Positions 38,734 to 48,405 of a stretch of 64,000 nucleotides of DNA are shown here, in pieces. The translations under genes and the position numbers were made by a program. The notes below the pieces were generated by a model that was not told the DNA's origin, searched no databases, and saw only the letters and a program-made list of their open reading frames with translations. This DNA comes from an uncultured Bacteroidaceae bacterium (lineage in GTDB: Bacteria > Bacteroidota > Bacteroidia > Bacteroidales > GCA-2748055): contig CAYZMH010000001.1 in NCBI GenBank assembly GCA_964479445.1, positions 11,805-75,804 on the forward strand, read 5' to 3'. Every line of letters starts with the position of its first letter. Within the stretch, counting starts at the first letter, position 1.

Positions 38734-39870
38734 ATGAAAGCCTTCAAAACTGTTCTTATTATTGTCGCCGTGATTATTCTTCTGCCGTTCTTTGGGCTAT
38801 TAGGGTGGTTTCTGAAAAAAGAGCAACCCATGGAAGTTGTGGTGATCAACAAATCGATGCTTGAATTTCAGGGTAGTGAGAACAAGGCCATTAATTGGGT
38901 GCTCAATGATCAGAAGGTTTTCACAAATGGGAACCGGAAATATAATATGAAGGTGGACTATTATGGATATCATAAGATGAAAGACGATTATCGGATCCGT
39001 TATCCGAGGCTAAAAGAGTTGGATCGTATGACCGAAAAATCAGATTTCGTCTATTTTGCGGATGTTGCCGGTATTTCAAAGCCACAACGAAATGCTAATC
39101 CAAAAAGCAGCAGTAAAAGCCTTGAATACGGTGGTTTGAATAATACCGATTACGTATTTTGCCGAAAATTGATCGAAAGCGGTAAACCTCTGGTGGTAGA
39201 ATGCAATTTTTTCGGACCTCCAACAGAACCCCTGGTACGCTATAATATGGAGCAGCTCACAGATGTGTATTACGCAGGATGGATGGGAAAGTATGTAAAG
39301 GATCTCTCCAAACCACTGTCAGGAAAGGAAGAGACAGACTGGAAAAAAGTTTATGAGTCGTATGCCGGAAAACCATGGGATTTTACCGGGAAAGGATTGA
39401 TCTTTATTAATTTGGAAAACACCCGGGTGGTTGTGCTTAGAGAAGGTGAAGACATTCGAACTAAAAAAGGATTTATTGTTACACTCGAAGAGGGATTGGA
39501 AGAGTTTGACCTTCCCGAAACAGCCAACTATACAGGATGGTTTACCCTGGTGCATCCCGGGAAGAATAAGGTAATCGCCAATTTTAGTCTGAATCCAACC
39601 GAAACAGGAGTTCAGAAATTACAACAGAATGGATTGCCCCATGATTTCCCGGCCATTATACAGCCCGGTGAACAATTCTATTTTCTGGCTGGAGATTTTG
39701 GAAAGTCTAAAGTAAACCTGGTTTTTTCCCGGACCCTGTTTTTTAATAACCTGGTTTCAATACTGAAGGGTGGGGGATCCAATGCCTCCAATTTCTTCTA
39801 TAGCTATTATCAGCCATTTATGGATCATGTGCTTTCAGAGAGCCGGGGCCAGGTGGAAGATACAGAGTAG
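38734..39870 (+). CDS. hypothetical membrane-anchored protein
   Basis: It has an N-terminal TM helix (VLIIVAVIILLPFFGLLGWFL) followed by about 345 aa of soluble sequence. I recognise no family. Confidence 0.55.
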   Translation: MKAFKTVLIIVAVIILLPFFGLLGWFLKKEQPMEVVVINKSMLEFQGSENKAINWVLNDQKVFTNGNRKYNMKVDYYGYHKMKDDYRIRYPRLKELDRMTEKSDFVYFADVAGISKPQRNANPKSSSKSLEYGGLNNTDYVFCRKLIESGKPLVVECNFFGPPTEPLVRYNMEQLTDVYYAGWMGKYVKDLSKPLSGKEETDWKKVYESYAGKPWDFTGKGLIFINLENTRVVVLREGEDIRTKKGFIVTLEEGLEEFDLPETANYTGWFTLVHPGKNKVIANFSLNPTETGVQKLQQNGLPHDFPAIIQPGEQFYFLAGDFGKSKVNLVFSRTLFFNNLVSILKGGGSNASNFFYSYYQPFMDHVLSESRGQVEDTE

Positions 39871-39923
39871 GTCCGCTACCCGACCAGAAAATATCCATTG
39901 CGTCTTATTATATCATCTGTTTT

Positions 39924-40712
39924 ATGCCTTCACAATCCATTGAAATCGCACTGATTCAGCCCGATACGCTGTGGGAAGACATTCCTGGTAACCTTGATAA
40001 CCTGGACAACCTCTTCGGCTCTGTAAAGTCAGGTACCAATCTTGTCATACTTCCTGAAACATTTTCAACAGGTTTTTCCATGAATGTGCATGCTTGTGCC
40101 GATGACGGAAAAGTCAGGGAATGGATGCAGAACAGATCTTCTGAATATGGCTGGAATATTACCGGGAGTGCAATCACGCGGGAAGAACAGGGATTCTATA
40201 ACAGGATGCAGTGGATCACACCCTATCCGGATTATTTCCTGTGGTACGATAAAAAACACCTTTTTCGCATGGGTAGCGAAGAGAAGAATTTCTTGCCGGG
40301 AAACAGGCGCGTCATTGCACAGACAGGGGGAGTCAGGGTTTTATTGCAAATATGTTATGACATCCGATTTCCTGTGTTTAGCCGGAACAGGAATGACTAC
40401 GATCTGATTATCTATATTGCTAACTGGCCGGAAGCCAGGCAACACGTCTGGGATACGTTACTTGCAGCCCGGGCGTTGGAAAACCAGGCTTATGTAATTG
40501 GCGTCAATCGCGTTGGGACCGATGGAGAGGGTGTATCCTACGTGGGAGGGTCATGCGCTATTGATCCGAAAGGACAACGTCTGGCCTCCCTGGATGAACC
40601 AAAAGAGGGTATATTGCATGTGAGTCTCGATATCAATGAGCTACGGCGATTCAGGAGCTCATTTCCCGTATGGAAAGATGCAGATTCCTTTACAATGCCC
40701 GGGGTCGATTGA
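39924..40712 (+). CDS. carbon-nitrogen hydrolase family amidohydrolase (omega-amidase YafV-like)
   Basis: The Glu-Lys-Cys triad context is present: LVILPETF, DKKHLF, LLQICYDIRFP. Confidence 0.8.
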   Translation: MPSQSIEIALIQPDTLWEDIPGNLDNLDNLFGSVKSGTNLVILPETFSTGFSMNVHACADDGKVREWMQNRSSEYGWNITGSAITREEQGFYNRMQWITPYPDYFLWYDKKHLFRMGSEEKNFLPGNRRVIAQTGGVRVLLQICYDIRFPVFSRNRNDYDLIIYIANWPEARQHVWDTLLAARALENQAYVIGVNRVGTDGEGVSYVGGSCAIDPKGQRLASLDEPKEGILHVSLDINELRRFRSSFPVWKDADSFTMPGVD

Positions 40713-40765
40713 TAGTGAGAAGAGAGAAGCGGTTGCCCTGTCAAAGACAACCGCATGATGCTGAA

Positions 40766-41311
40766 TTAACAGTTACAATCTTTTTCGTCCTCCCCGCAAT
40801 CTTCGCAGTTCTTGTCATTGTGGGCATGACCATGTGATAACTCCTCTTCGGTGGCTTCTCTTATTTCAGTTACCTCACCGGTGAAGTGCAGATCAGATCC
40901 GGCCATGGGATGATTGAAATCCATTTTTACAACTTCATCTTCGATTTCTAAAATCTTCCCGTTCAGCCTTCGCCCGTCCTTATCCATCATGGGAACCATA
41001 TTGCCTGTTTGCAATATGTTTTCATCAATTTTACCGTCAATTTCAAAAATATTTTTGGGAACATGCACGATGGCATTTTCAAGAACGGGTCCATACGCAT
41101 CATCGGATGGGAGCAAGAATGAGAAAGAATCCCCTATTTTTAACCCCGATAAATTCTCCTCGAATTTAGGCAATAAATTTCCATTCCCGTATAGGAAGGT
41201 AAGGGGTTGTTCCTGGTTTACCTTCTCAACCACATTGCCTTGTTCTGAATCTTTTCTCAATTCGTATGCAACCGATACAACTTTGTCTTTTGTAATTTCC
41301 ATATCCATCAA
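40766..41311 (-). CDS. slyD: FKBP-type peptidyl-prolyl isomerase SlyD-like with Cys/His-rich tail
   Basis: It has an FKBP domain with an IF-insert (LTFLYGNGNLLPKFEENL, DFNHPMAGSDLHFTGEV) and the tail HGHAHNDKNCEDCGEDEKDCNC. Confidence 0.85.
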   Translation of the reverse strand: MMDMEITKDKVVSVAYELRKDSEQGNVVEKVNQEQPLTFLYGNGNLLPKFEENLSGLKIGDSFSFLLPSDDAYGPVLENAIVHVPKNIFEIDGKIDENILQTGNMVPMMDKDGRRLNGKILEIEDEVVKMDFNHPMAGSDLHFTGEVTEIREATEEELSHGHAHNDKNCEDCGEDEKDCNC

Positions 41312-41510
41312 ATATTATTTAACACAAAGAAAACAAATATATTGTGATAATGAAACGGGCATGTTAAAGATTATCGCTATGGAGAATGAATCTTTTCATT
41401 TTTCCCATGCAAATATTTTCCAATGGATTAGATGCATGGATAACCCTGTATTATCCGGCGAGTGCAAAATGCTGATGCCCTTATACCTGGATTTACAACG
41501 AAAATTACTT

Positions 41511-42089
41511 TTACAGATAAAGATTGATCCCAACACGAATCAGGGGATTGTTATATGGTGAAGCAATACCTTCATTAAGGTTCCATAAAGCCATAATAGT
41601 TAATGAACTAAAGCTCCCCATGCGCTGGGTAATACCACCTCCCACAAAAAGGTGGTTCATCCAAAAACGACCTTCATCCTGGAAACCTGGAGCATCAAAA
41701 TATCTCCTCTCTGCATTGATGGTCTCGTACTCTAAATGAGCAAACAGATCACTGAATAAGTTAACGGGCAGGTACTGCTCAGCATTTACTATAAGATAGA
41801 ACCGGGTGAACGCCTTGATCCCGTACATGTGGGTGGAAAACGACTGCGGTGTCAGGGGAGTGGCATTCTGCTTAAAATAGGTGTATTGTACCCCTGATCC
41901 AATCACCAGCCTGTCTGTTATATGGTACCCGATCTGCGGCGCAACCTCAATATTGGTCAGTGTTCCAAATTGCAGGCCAAGCTCCGGAACCAGGAAAAAC
42001 TTTCCTTTTCGGGAAGATTCGTCTTCTTGTCCCGACAAGGGTCCGCTTAACAGCAATCCGACCAGTACATACCAAACAATCTTTTTCAT
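41511..42089 (-). CDS. hypothetical exported beta-barrel-like protein
   Basis: It has a signal peptide (IVWYVLVGLLLSGPLSGQ) and an amphipathic strand pattern. I recognise no family. Confidence 0.5.
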   Translation of the reverse strand: MKKIVWYVLVGLLLSGPLSGQEDESSRKGKFFLVPELGLQFGTLTNIEVAPQIGYHITDRLVIGSGVQYTYFKQNATPLTPQSFSTHMYGIKAFTRFYLIVNAEQYLPVNLFSDLFAHLEYETINAERRYFDAPGFQDEGRFWMNHLFVGGGITQRMGSFSSLTIMALWNLNEGIASPYNNPLIRVGINLYL

Positions 42090-42119
42090 ATTCGCCTTTG
42101 ATTATCGGTTAGGTGAAAA

Positions 42120-42863
42120 ATGCGTAATTTTAACTGCAAAGATATTATTCTCATGGTAATACTCATTACAGGCGCCAGCAAAGGCATAGGGGCAGAACTT
42201 GCAAAAGCCATGGCAGCAGAGGAATGTACCCTGTTACTGGTTGCCCGGAACGAAACGCTGCTGGAGGAGGTCGCTGATCAATGCAGGAAAGTGAATCCGG
42301 CTTCGAAGACCATTCCCCTGGCACTTGACCTGCTTGATCTGCCCGGACAATCGGCAAAATGGATACAACTGATTTCATCCCATACCGACCACCTTGACGT
42401 ACTGGTGAATAATGCTGGTTTGTTGGTAAATAAGCGTTTTGAGTCCCTGACAGCCCGGGAGATGGAGCAGATGGTACATGTCAATTTCCTCTCACCTGCC
42501 TGGTTGACCCGGGAATTGATCCCGCTGTTAAAATCCTCTGAATCTCCCCGAATTGTCAATGTAACCAGTATGGGAGGGATACAGGGAAGTGAAAAATTCC
42601 CCGGACTCTCCATGTACAGTTCGTCCAAAGGAGGGCTGAATACACTAACCGAATGCCTCGCAGAAGAGCTACGCGATTATCCCATTTCGGTCAACGCACT
42701 GGCCTTGGGAGCCGTTCAAACCGAGATGTTAAAGGAGGCATTTCCTGGGGTGGAAGCACCGGTCGGACCCGTCCAGACTGCAGAATTTCTCAGATGGTTC
42801 GTGCGGGAAGGATACCGGTTTTTCCAGGGGAAAATCCTTCCGGTCTCTACAACAACTCCATAA
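42120..42863 (+). CDS. short-chain dehydrogenase/reductase (SDR)
   Basis: TGASKGIG cofactor motif, NNAG, and YSSSK (YxxxK). The start could instead be the ATG at 42153. Confidence 0.85.
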   Translation: MRNFNCKDIILMVILITGASKGIGAELAKAMAAEECTLLLVARNETLLEEVADQCRKVNPASKTIPLALDLLDLPGQSAKWIQLISSHTDHLDVLVNNAGLLVNKRFESLTAREMEQMVHVNFLSPAWLTRELIPLLKSSESPRIVNVTSMGGIQGSEKFPGLSMYSSSKGGLNTLTECLAEELRDYPISVNALALGAVQTEMLKEAFPGVEAPVGPVQTAEFLRWFVREGYRFFQGKILPVSTTTP

Positions 42864-42875
42864 TCAATAATGATT

Positions 42876-44000
42876 TCAGGCCTTGTCGAGCTCATCCAGT
42901 TCAATCCCCTTTACAAAGTTTTCCTCTCTGTATTCCATGGGCTGAATACGTTCCTTCAGGATAAGATTGCCGTTCATTGCCAGGGCACGCATCTCATCCT
43001 CACCCGGGTAGATGAACACCGGTGCAATAAAACCTACATGTTCTTTTATATAACCCGTGAGATCCGGATTGTGGGCTATGCCACCGGTAAGAATGATCGC
43101 ATGAACTTCTCCGGCAAGCACAGCGGCCATAGCACCAATCTCCTTGCTGATCTGGTAGGCCATGGCTTCCTGAATAAGACGTGCTTTCTTGTTTCCCTGC
43201 CTTGCCATGATCTCCAGCTTATGGGCATCGTTGAAGCCCATGTATGCCATTAACCCTCCCTTCCCGGTAATCATACTCCTGAGATCATCATAACTGTACC
43301 CCTCCGTATGACACAGATCGACCAGGCTTCGCAGGGGAAGGGATCCCGATCGCTCCGGAGTGAACGGTCCATCACCGTCCAGGGCGTTGTTCACGTCTAT
43401 CACCCTCCCTTTTTTGTGGGCTCCCACCGATATTCCGCCACCAAGGTGCGCAATGATCAGGTTCAGCTCATGGTAATCCATTCCACAGGATTGAGCATAG
43501 GTGCGGGCTGTGGATTTTTGATTCAACGCATGAAAAATAGACCTTCTTTTAATAGCAGGATGACCTGATAAACGCGCAACATCCTGTAATTCATCCACAA
43601 CTACCGGGTCAGCAATGTACGCCCGGGCATCCGGAAACTCCCGGGCAATGTCCATTGCAATAAGTCCGCCCAGGTTAGAGGCATGCTCACCCAGGATCCC
43701 CTCTTTTAAATCCCGTATCATCGCATCATTAACCTCGTATACCCCGGAAAGAATCGGTTTAACCAGCCCTCCCCGTCCAATAACTATGCGAATCTTGTCC
43801 AGGGGAATGGCATTGTCTTTCACTTCATTCAATACCAGTTTCTTCCTGAATTCAAATTGATCGGTAATGAGCCTGAAACGGGCCAGTTCATCGCATTCAT
43901 GACGAATGGTTTTGAGGAAAACGGACTTCTCTCCCTGGTATACCGCAATTTTTGTGGAGGTCGAACCGGGATTGATTGCAAGAATATAACCTTTATCCAT
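42876..44000 (-). CDS. buk: butyrate kinase
   Basis: It has the ASKHA fold with ILAINPGSTSTKIAVY, HASNLG and IILTGGIAHN, and it is adjacent to ptb. Confidence 0.9.
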   Translation of the reverse strand: MDKGYILAINPGSTSTKIAVYQGEKSVFLKTIRHECDELARFRLITDQFEFRKKLVLNEVKDNAIPLDKIRIVIGRGGLVKPILSGVYEVNDAMIRDLKEGILGEHASNLGGLIAMDIAREFPDARAYIADPVVVDELQDVARLSGHPAIKRRSIFHALNQKSTARTYAQSCGMDYHELNLIIAHLGGGISVGAHKKGRVIDVNNALDGDGPFTPERSGSLPLRSLVDLCHTEGYSYDDLRSMITGKGGLMAYMGFNDAHKLEIMARQGNKKARLIQEAMAYQISKEIGAMAAVLAGEVHAIILTGGIAHNPDLTGYIKEHVGFIAPVFIYPGEDEMRALAMNGNLILKERIQPMEYREENFVKGIELDELDKA

Positions 44001-44153
44001 TATACTTTCTCTTTTTGTGATGCTTGTTTACAGATGGAAAGAGCGTTACAATCATAGGCCTGATATTTGCCGGAATAAAAATTGATGCAGGGGATCAGCT
44101 TCAATCATACCATTCATGGTAACAGAGGGTAACATGCTGCTTACCTGTTATTC

Positions 44154-45053
44154 CTAGGCCGTTGCTGCTGCCAGGAGAATGGAATCAAACTTGGCCTGCT
44201 CTGAATCCGAACGGGAGGTAAGTACAATCGGAGCTTTTGCTCCCACGATCATGGAGGCCACCTTGGCCCTGGCAAAGAAAACAAGGGATTTATACAATAC
44301 ATTGCCCACCTCAATATCAGGCATAAGCAACAGGTCGGTGTCCCCGGCCACCTCGCTCTTGATCTCTTTATGCCGGGCACTCTCCATACTCACCGCGTTA
44401 TCGAAGGCAAGCGGCCCATCCACCAGGCAATTACGTATCTGTCCGCGTTGATTCATCTTGGAAAGAAGCGCTGCATCGGTGGTTGCACTCATGTGCGTGT
44501 TGACCTTTTCAACAGCGCCAAGAACAGCGACCTTCGGTTCTGCAACTCCCAGTTTGTTTAACACCCAGACTGAATTGTTCAGGATCGCAATCTTATCTGC
44601 AAGATCGGGGGCAATGTTCATTGCCACATCCGTAACACTGATCAGTTTATGATAGGTCTCTACTTCAAATAGCGCAAAGTGGGAGAGGAGTTTACCGGTG
44701 CGCAGACCATACTCTTTATCAAGTACCGCTTTAAGCAGTTCTGATGTGCCAACCTTTCCCTTCATCAGCACGTCGGCTTTCCCTTGATGAACCATCTTAA
44801 CTGCCTTGATGACAGCCTGGTTAGTATCTTTTTCTTCCAGGAACCTGACCTTTTTTAAATCAATATTCATTACCTCGGCCAGCCCCTCTGTTTTTTCGCG
44901 GTCTCCGACCAGGATGGGTTCAATCACCTTTTCCTGGGCAGCACGAATTACTGCACCCAGTGAGTGGGCATCTTCGGATGCGGCCAGGACCAGTCTTTTT
45001 GGATTTCCCTCGGAAGGAAGCAGGTCGCGGAGGTCGTTCAGTTTCAAAAGCAT
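44154..45053 (-). CDS. ptb: phosphate butyryltransferase
   Basis: It is a 299-aa PTA_PTB family protein (ADVLMKGKVGTSELL, GNVLYKSL) located upstream of buk. Confidence 0.85.
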   Translation of the reverse strand: MLLKLNDLRDLLPSEGNPKRLVLAASEDAHSLGAVIRAAQEKVIEPILVGDREKTEGLAEVMNIDLKKVRFLEEKDTNQAVIKAVKMVHQGKADVLMKGKVGTSELLKAVLDKEYGLRTGKLLSHFALFEVETYHKLISVTDVAMNIAPDLADKIAILNNSVWVLNKLGVAEPKVAVLGAVEKVNTHMSATTDAALLSKMNQRGQIRNCLVDGPLAFDNAVSMESARHKEIKSEVAGDTDLLLMPDIEVGNVLYKSLVFFARAKVASMIVGAKAPIVLTSRSDSEQAKFDSILLAAATA

Positions 45054-45089
45054 GGTGTTCAGTTTGGATTCACATGCAAATAAAGATAA

Positions 45090-45111
45090 AACCGGGTTAT
45101 AAAACCCGGTT
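45090..45111 (-). terminator. intrinsic terminator downstream of ackA
   Basis: A perfect 9-bp stem, AACCGGGTT-N4-AACCCGGTT, is followed on the minus strand by TTTATCTTTATTT. Confidence 0.65.
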
Positions 45112-45124
45112 CGCTCTTATGATG

Positions 45125-46339
45125 TTAAACACATTTCTGAACGATTTTATGGGTGTCGGAAGCAATCACCAGCTCTTCATTGGTTTTTATAACCGCAGCA
45201 GTTACTCTTGATTTGTCTTTACTGATGACCTTGTCCTCCCCTTTAACACCGTGATTTGCTACCTCATCGAATTCCAGGCCGAGATACTCCAGTTGCTGAC
45301 AGATCATCCGCCTGATATTGAAATCATTCTCTCCAACACCCCCTGTGAATATCAGGGCATCCAAGCCGTTCATAATGGCAGTATAGGCACCAATGAATTT
45401 TTTTACTCTGTAGGCATACATGGTGAGAGCCAGGGAGGCACGCTCATTACCCTCATAATAGGCAAGCTCCAGATCCCTCATGTCACTGGATATCTCTGAG
45501 ATACCCATCATACCGCTTCTTTTGTTGATCACGTTGCTGATCCCTTTCAGACTCAAATGCTCTTTGTCGGCAAGATAAAGCAGAACCCCGGGATCAATAT
45601 CTCCCGTCCGGGTACCCATGATCAATCCATCCACAGGGGTGAATCCCATGGAGGTGTCAATCGATTTCCCGTTCTCAATGGCAGTGATTGAAGCACCGTT
45701 ACCAAGGTGACAGGTTACCATTTTCATTTTGCGGCTATCCCGGCCAATTACCTCGCTGGCCCGCTTGGATACAAACTTGTGGGACGTACCGTGATACCCG
45801 TATTTCCTTATTTTGTACTTCTTGTAATACTCCCGTGGGATGGCATACATGTAGGCATGTTCCGGCATAGTCTGGTGAAAAGAGGTGTCAAAAACAGCTA
45901 CCTGTGGGATCCCCGGCATCAGGGTCTCCACCGATAGAATGCCCTTCAGGTTGGCAGGATTATGCAGGGGAGCCAGGTCACTGTTCTCCTCGACATCCTT
46001 GATGACCTCCTTGGTGATGAGAACACTCTCTGTATACTTTTCACCTCCCTGAACCACGCGGTGACCAACCGCATTGATTTCCCCGGTGTCCTTGATTACT
46101 CCGTGCTCCTCATCGGTGAGGGCTTTGAAAACCATGTTGATGCCCACCGTATGATCGGGTATGGCAGTAACCTCTTTGTATTTCTCCTTGCCCGCCGGTT
46201 TGTGATTCAAAAGGGCGTCATTCAGACCAATCCGTTCTACAATTCCTTTGGCAATTACTTCAGCTTCACCCTCTTCTTGCATATTAAAAAGCTGGTACTT
46301 GATCGAAGAACTACCGCAGTTAAGTACTAATATGATCAT
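45125..46339 (-). CDS. ackA: acetate kinase
   Basis: Motifs ILVLNCGSSSIKYQLF, GHRVVQGG, YGYHGTSH and LIFTGGVGEN are present. Confidence 0.95.
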   Translation of the reverse strand: MIILVLNCGSSSIKYQLFNMQEEGEAEVIAKGIVERIGLNDALLNHKPAGKEKYKEVTAIPDHTVGINMVFKALTDEEHGVIKDTGEINAVGHRVVQGGEKYTESVLITKEVIKDVEENSDLAPLHNPANLKGILSVETLMPGIPQVAVFDTSFHQTMPEHAYMYAIPREYYKKYKIRKYGYHGTSHKFVSKRASEVIGRDSRKMKMVTCHLGNGASITAIENGKSIDTSMGFTPVDGLIMGTRTGDIDPGVLLYLADKEHLSLKGISNVINKRSGMMGISEISSDMRDLELAYYEGNERASLALTMYAYRVKKFIGAYTAIMNGLDALIFTGGVGENDFNIRRMICQQLEYLGLEFDEVANHGVKGEDKVISKDKSRVTAAVIKTNEELVIASDTHKIVQKCV

Positions 46340-46359
46340 AGTGCGTATTTAATAGGATA

Positions 46360-47367
46360 TTAATTTTTATTACCTGAAGCCTGGTTGGCGGTTATAGCTA
46401 CCAGGTTTACAATGTCGCTAACTGAGCATCCACGCGACAAATCGTTAATCGGGGCCGCCATTCCCTGTAAAACCGGACCGATGGCCTCGGCATGGGCAAG
46501 CCTCTGAACCAGTTTGTAGGCGATATTGCCTGAATTGAGATCAGGAAAAATCATTACATTGGCATTACCGGGAACCGGACTTCCCGGGGCCTTGCTTTTT
46601 GCAATGGAGGGGATCAGGGCAGCATCGATCTGCAGATCGCCGTCAATTGTGAGACTGGGGTCCATCTCTTTGGCCAGCCTGGTAGCTTCCACAACCTTGT
46701 CCACCATTGGATGCGATGCACTCCCCTTTGTGGAAAAGCTGCACATGGCAATGCGCGGTTCAAAACCTAAAATCGAACGGGTGGTTTTTGCAGTGGATAT
46801 GGCAATTTCAGCCAGCTCCCTGTCTGTAGGATCGGGATGTACAGCCCCATCGGCAAATACCAGTACTCCCTCTTCTCCGAATTCCTGGTCCTTGAGGATC
46901 ATGATAAATGCACCCGATACCACACTGATTCCGGGAATGGTTTTTACGATCTGAAAGGCCGGGCGTAAGACATCCCCCGTAGCATTCTTTGCACCGGCAA
47001 CCTCTCCATCTGCATCTCCGGCTTTAATCATTAAAGTTGCCAGGTAAAGGGGATCCTCCACCAGGCGGGCAGCTTTCTCCTCATTCATGCCCTTATGTTT
47101 TCTCAATTCTACCAGCAACTGGATGTAGGCATCCTTCTTTTCGTGATTTACAGGGTCTACAATGGTGGCTTTTTCGATATTCTTCAGACCGTATTTTTCC
47201 GCCTGCTTCATGACCATGTCGGGATTGCCTATGATGGTAACACCGGCAAGTTTTTCTCGAATGACCGTGTCCGCAGCAAGGATTGTACGCTCTTCATCCC
47301 CCTCAGGTAACACGATCTTCTGACAGTTCTCTTGGGCTTTTTGCCGTATTTTCTCAATTAAATCCAT
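46360..47367 (-). CDS. pta: phosphate acetyltransferase (short form)
   Basis: It is a 335-aa PTA_PTB family protein (IVLPEGDEERTL-like, GNIAYKLVQRL, SRGCSVSDIVN) directly upstream of ackA. Confidence 0.9.
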   Translation of the reverse strand: MDLIEKIRQKAQENCQKIVLPEGDEERTILAADTVIREKLAGVTIIGNPDMVMKQAEKYGLKNIEKATIVDPVNHEKKDAYIQLLVELRKHKGMNEEKAARLVEDPLYLATLMIKAGDADGEVAGAKNATGDVLRPAFQIVKTIPGISVVSGAFIMILKDQEFGEEGVLVFADGAVHPDPTDRELAEIAISTAKTTRSILGFEPRIAMCSFSTKGSASHPMVDKVVEATRLAKEMDPSLTIDGDLQIDAALIPSIAKSKAPGSPVPGNANVMIFPDLNSGNIAYKLVQRLAHAEAIGPVLQGMAAPINDLSRGCSVSDIVNLVAITANQASGNKN

Positions 47368-47527
47368 TGGAAATCAATTATTTAAATTAACAGAAAAGAA
47401 CGACTAAAAATAGCAAAAATCTCTAACTTTCCTCATGATATTGAAATGATTTAAATCATATTCCATCGAATTAACAACCAAATTATGCATTCAGGGGTTA
47501 TACTAGTAAACCTAAAAATTTTAAATC

Positions 47528-48331
47528 ATGCAGATTGAACATTTGATGGACCGATTGTGGGTCCAGTATGCTTCGCAAAACCCCTCCGCGAAAAAGATCC
47601 ATTCGCTGTTCGAGGAAAAAGGGGAGGAGATTGTCAATGATCACATCGCTTTCCGTACCCTGAATGACCCGAGGATCTCCATTGATGTTCTTGCCCGGCC
47701 TTTTAAAAGTGCCGGCTACGTGGCATCAGGGGAGTACCATTTTAAAAAGAAAAAGCTGTTTGCCAAACACTTTGAGATACCGGGCAGAAACGATATGCCA
47801 CGGATTTTTATCAGTGAGTTGCTGTTGGAGCAGTTCTCCGAAGATCTTAACCAGGCATTGGAGCGGGCCCTTGAAGACTTGAGCGCCTCCTTCTTCGATT
47901 CTGAACTGATGGTGCTCTCGGGATCTGTTTTTGATCCCCTGTCCTATAAAACCTATGAAAAACTGCGCCGGGAATCAGAGTACGCAGCATGGTTTTATGT
48001 ACACGGATTCCGTGCCAATCACTTCACGGTAAGCGTAAACGGATTAAATCATTTCAAGTCCCTCCGGGAGGTGAATAATTTCCTTAAAAGAAACGGATTT
48101 GAGATGAATGATTCCGGGGGAGAAATCAAAGGGGATCCGGACCAGTTGCTTGAACAATCCAGCACACTGGCCGACAAGGTGAAGGTTTCTTTCAAAGAAG
48201 GAGATTACAAGGTCCCAACCTGCTATTACGAGTTCGCCCGTCGCTATCCTGATAAACAGGGCCGCCTTTTCAGCGGGTTTATCGCAGATTCCGCGGATAA
48301 GATATTCGAGAGTACCGACTTCAGGAAATAG
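47528..48331 (+). CDS. DUF1338 family metalloenzyme (short form; HglS/YdcJ superfamily)
   Basis: DUF1338 signature blocks are present: NDHIAFRT, ANHFTVSVN and YYEFARR. Confidence 0.65.
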   Translation: MQIEHLMDRLWVQYASQNPSAKKIHSLFEEKGEEIVNDHIAFRTLNDPRISIDVLARPFKSAGYVASGEYHFKKKKLFAKHFEIPGRNDMPRIFISELLLEQFSEDLNQALERALEDLSASFFDSELMVLSGSVFDPLSYKTYEKLRRESEYAAWFYVHGFRANHFTVSVNGLNHFKSLREVNNFLKRNGFEMNDSGGEIKGDPDQLLEQSSTLADKVKVSFKEGDYKVPTCYYEFARRYPDKQGRLFSGFIADSADKIFESTDFRK

Positions 48332-48405
48332 TCCCGTTCCGGGCGTCACCCGTATCTCCTCCTTGAAAATTCTGCTATCTTTGCTTTTCAATCAACAGGA
48401 TTGAA

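Noticed and set aside
40914-41561. 215-aa plus-strand ORF.
   Set aside because: It is antisense to slyD and runs into the slyD promoter region. The sequence is Ser/Phe/Ile-rich with no motifs.
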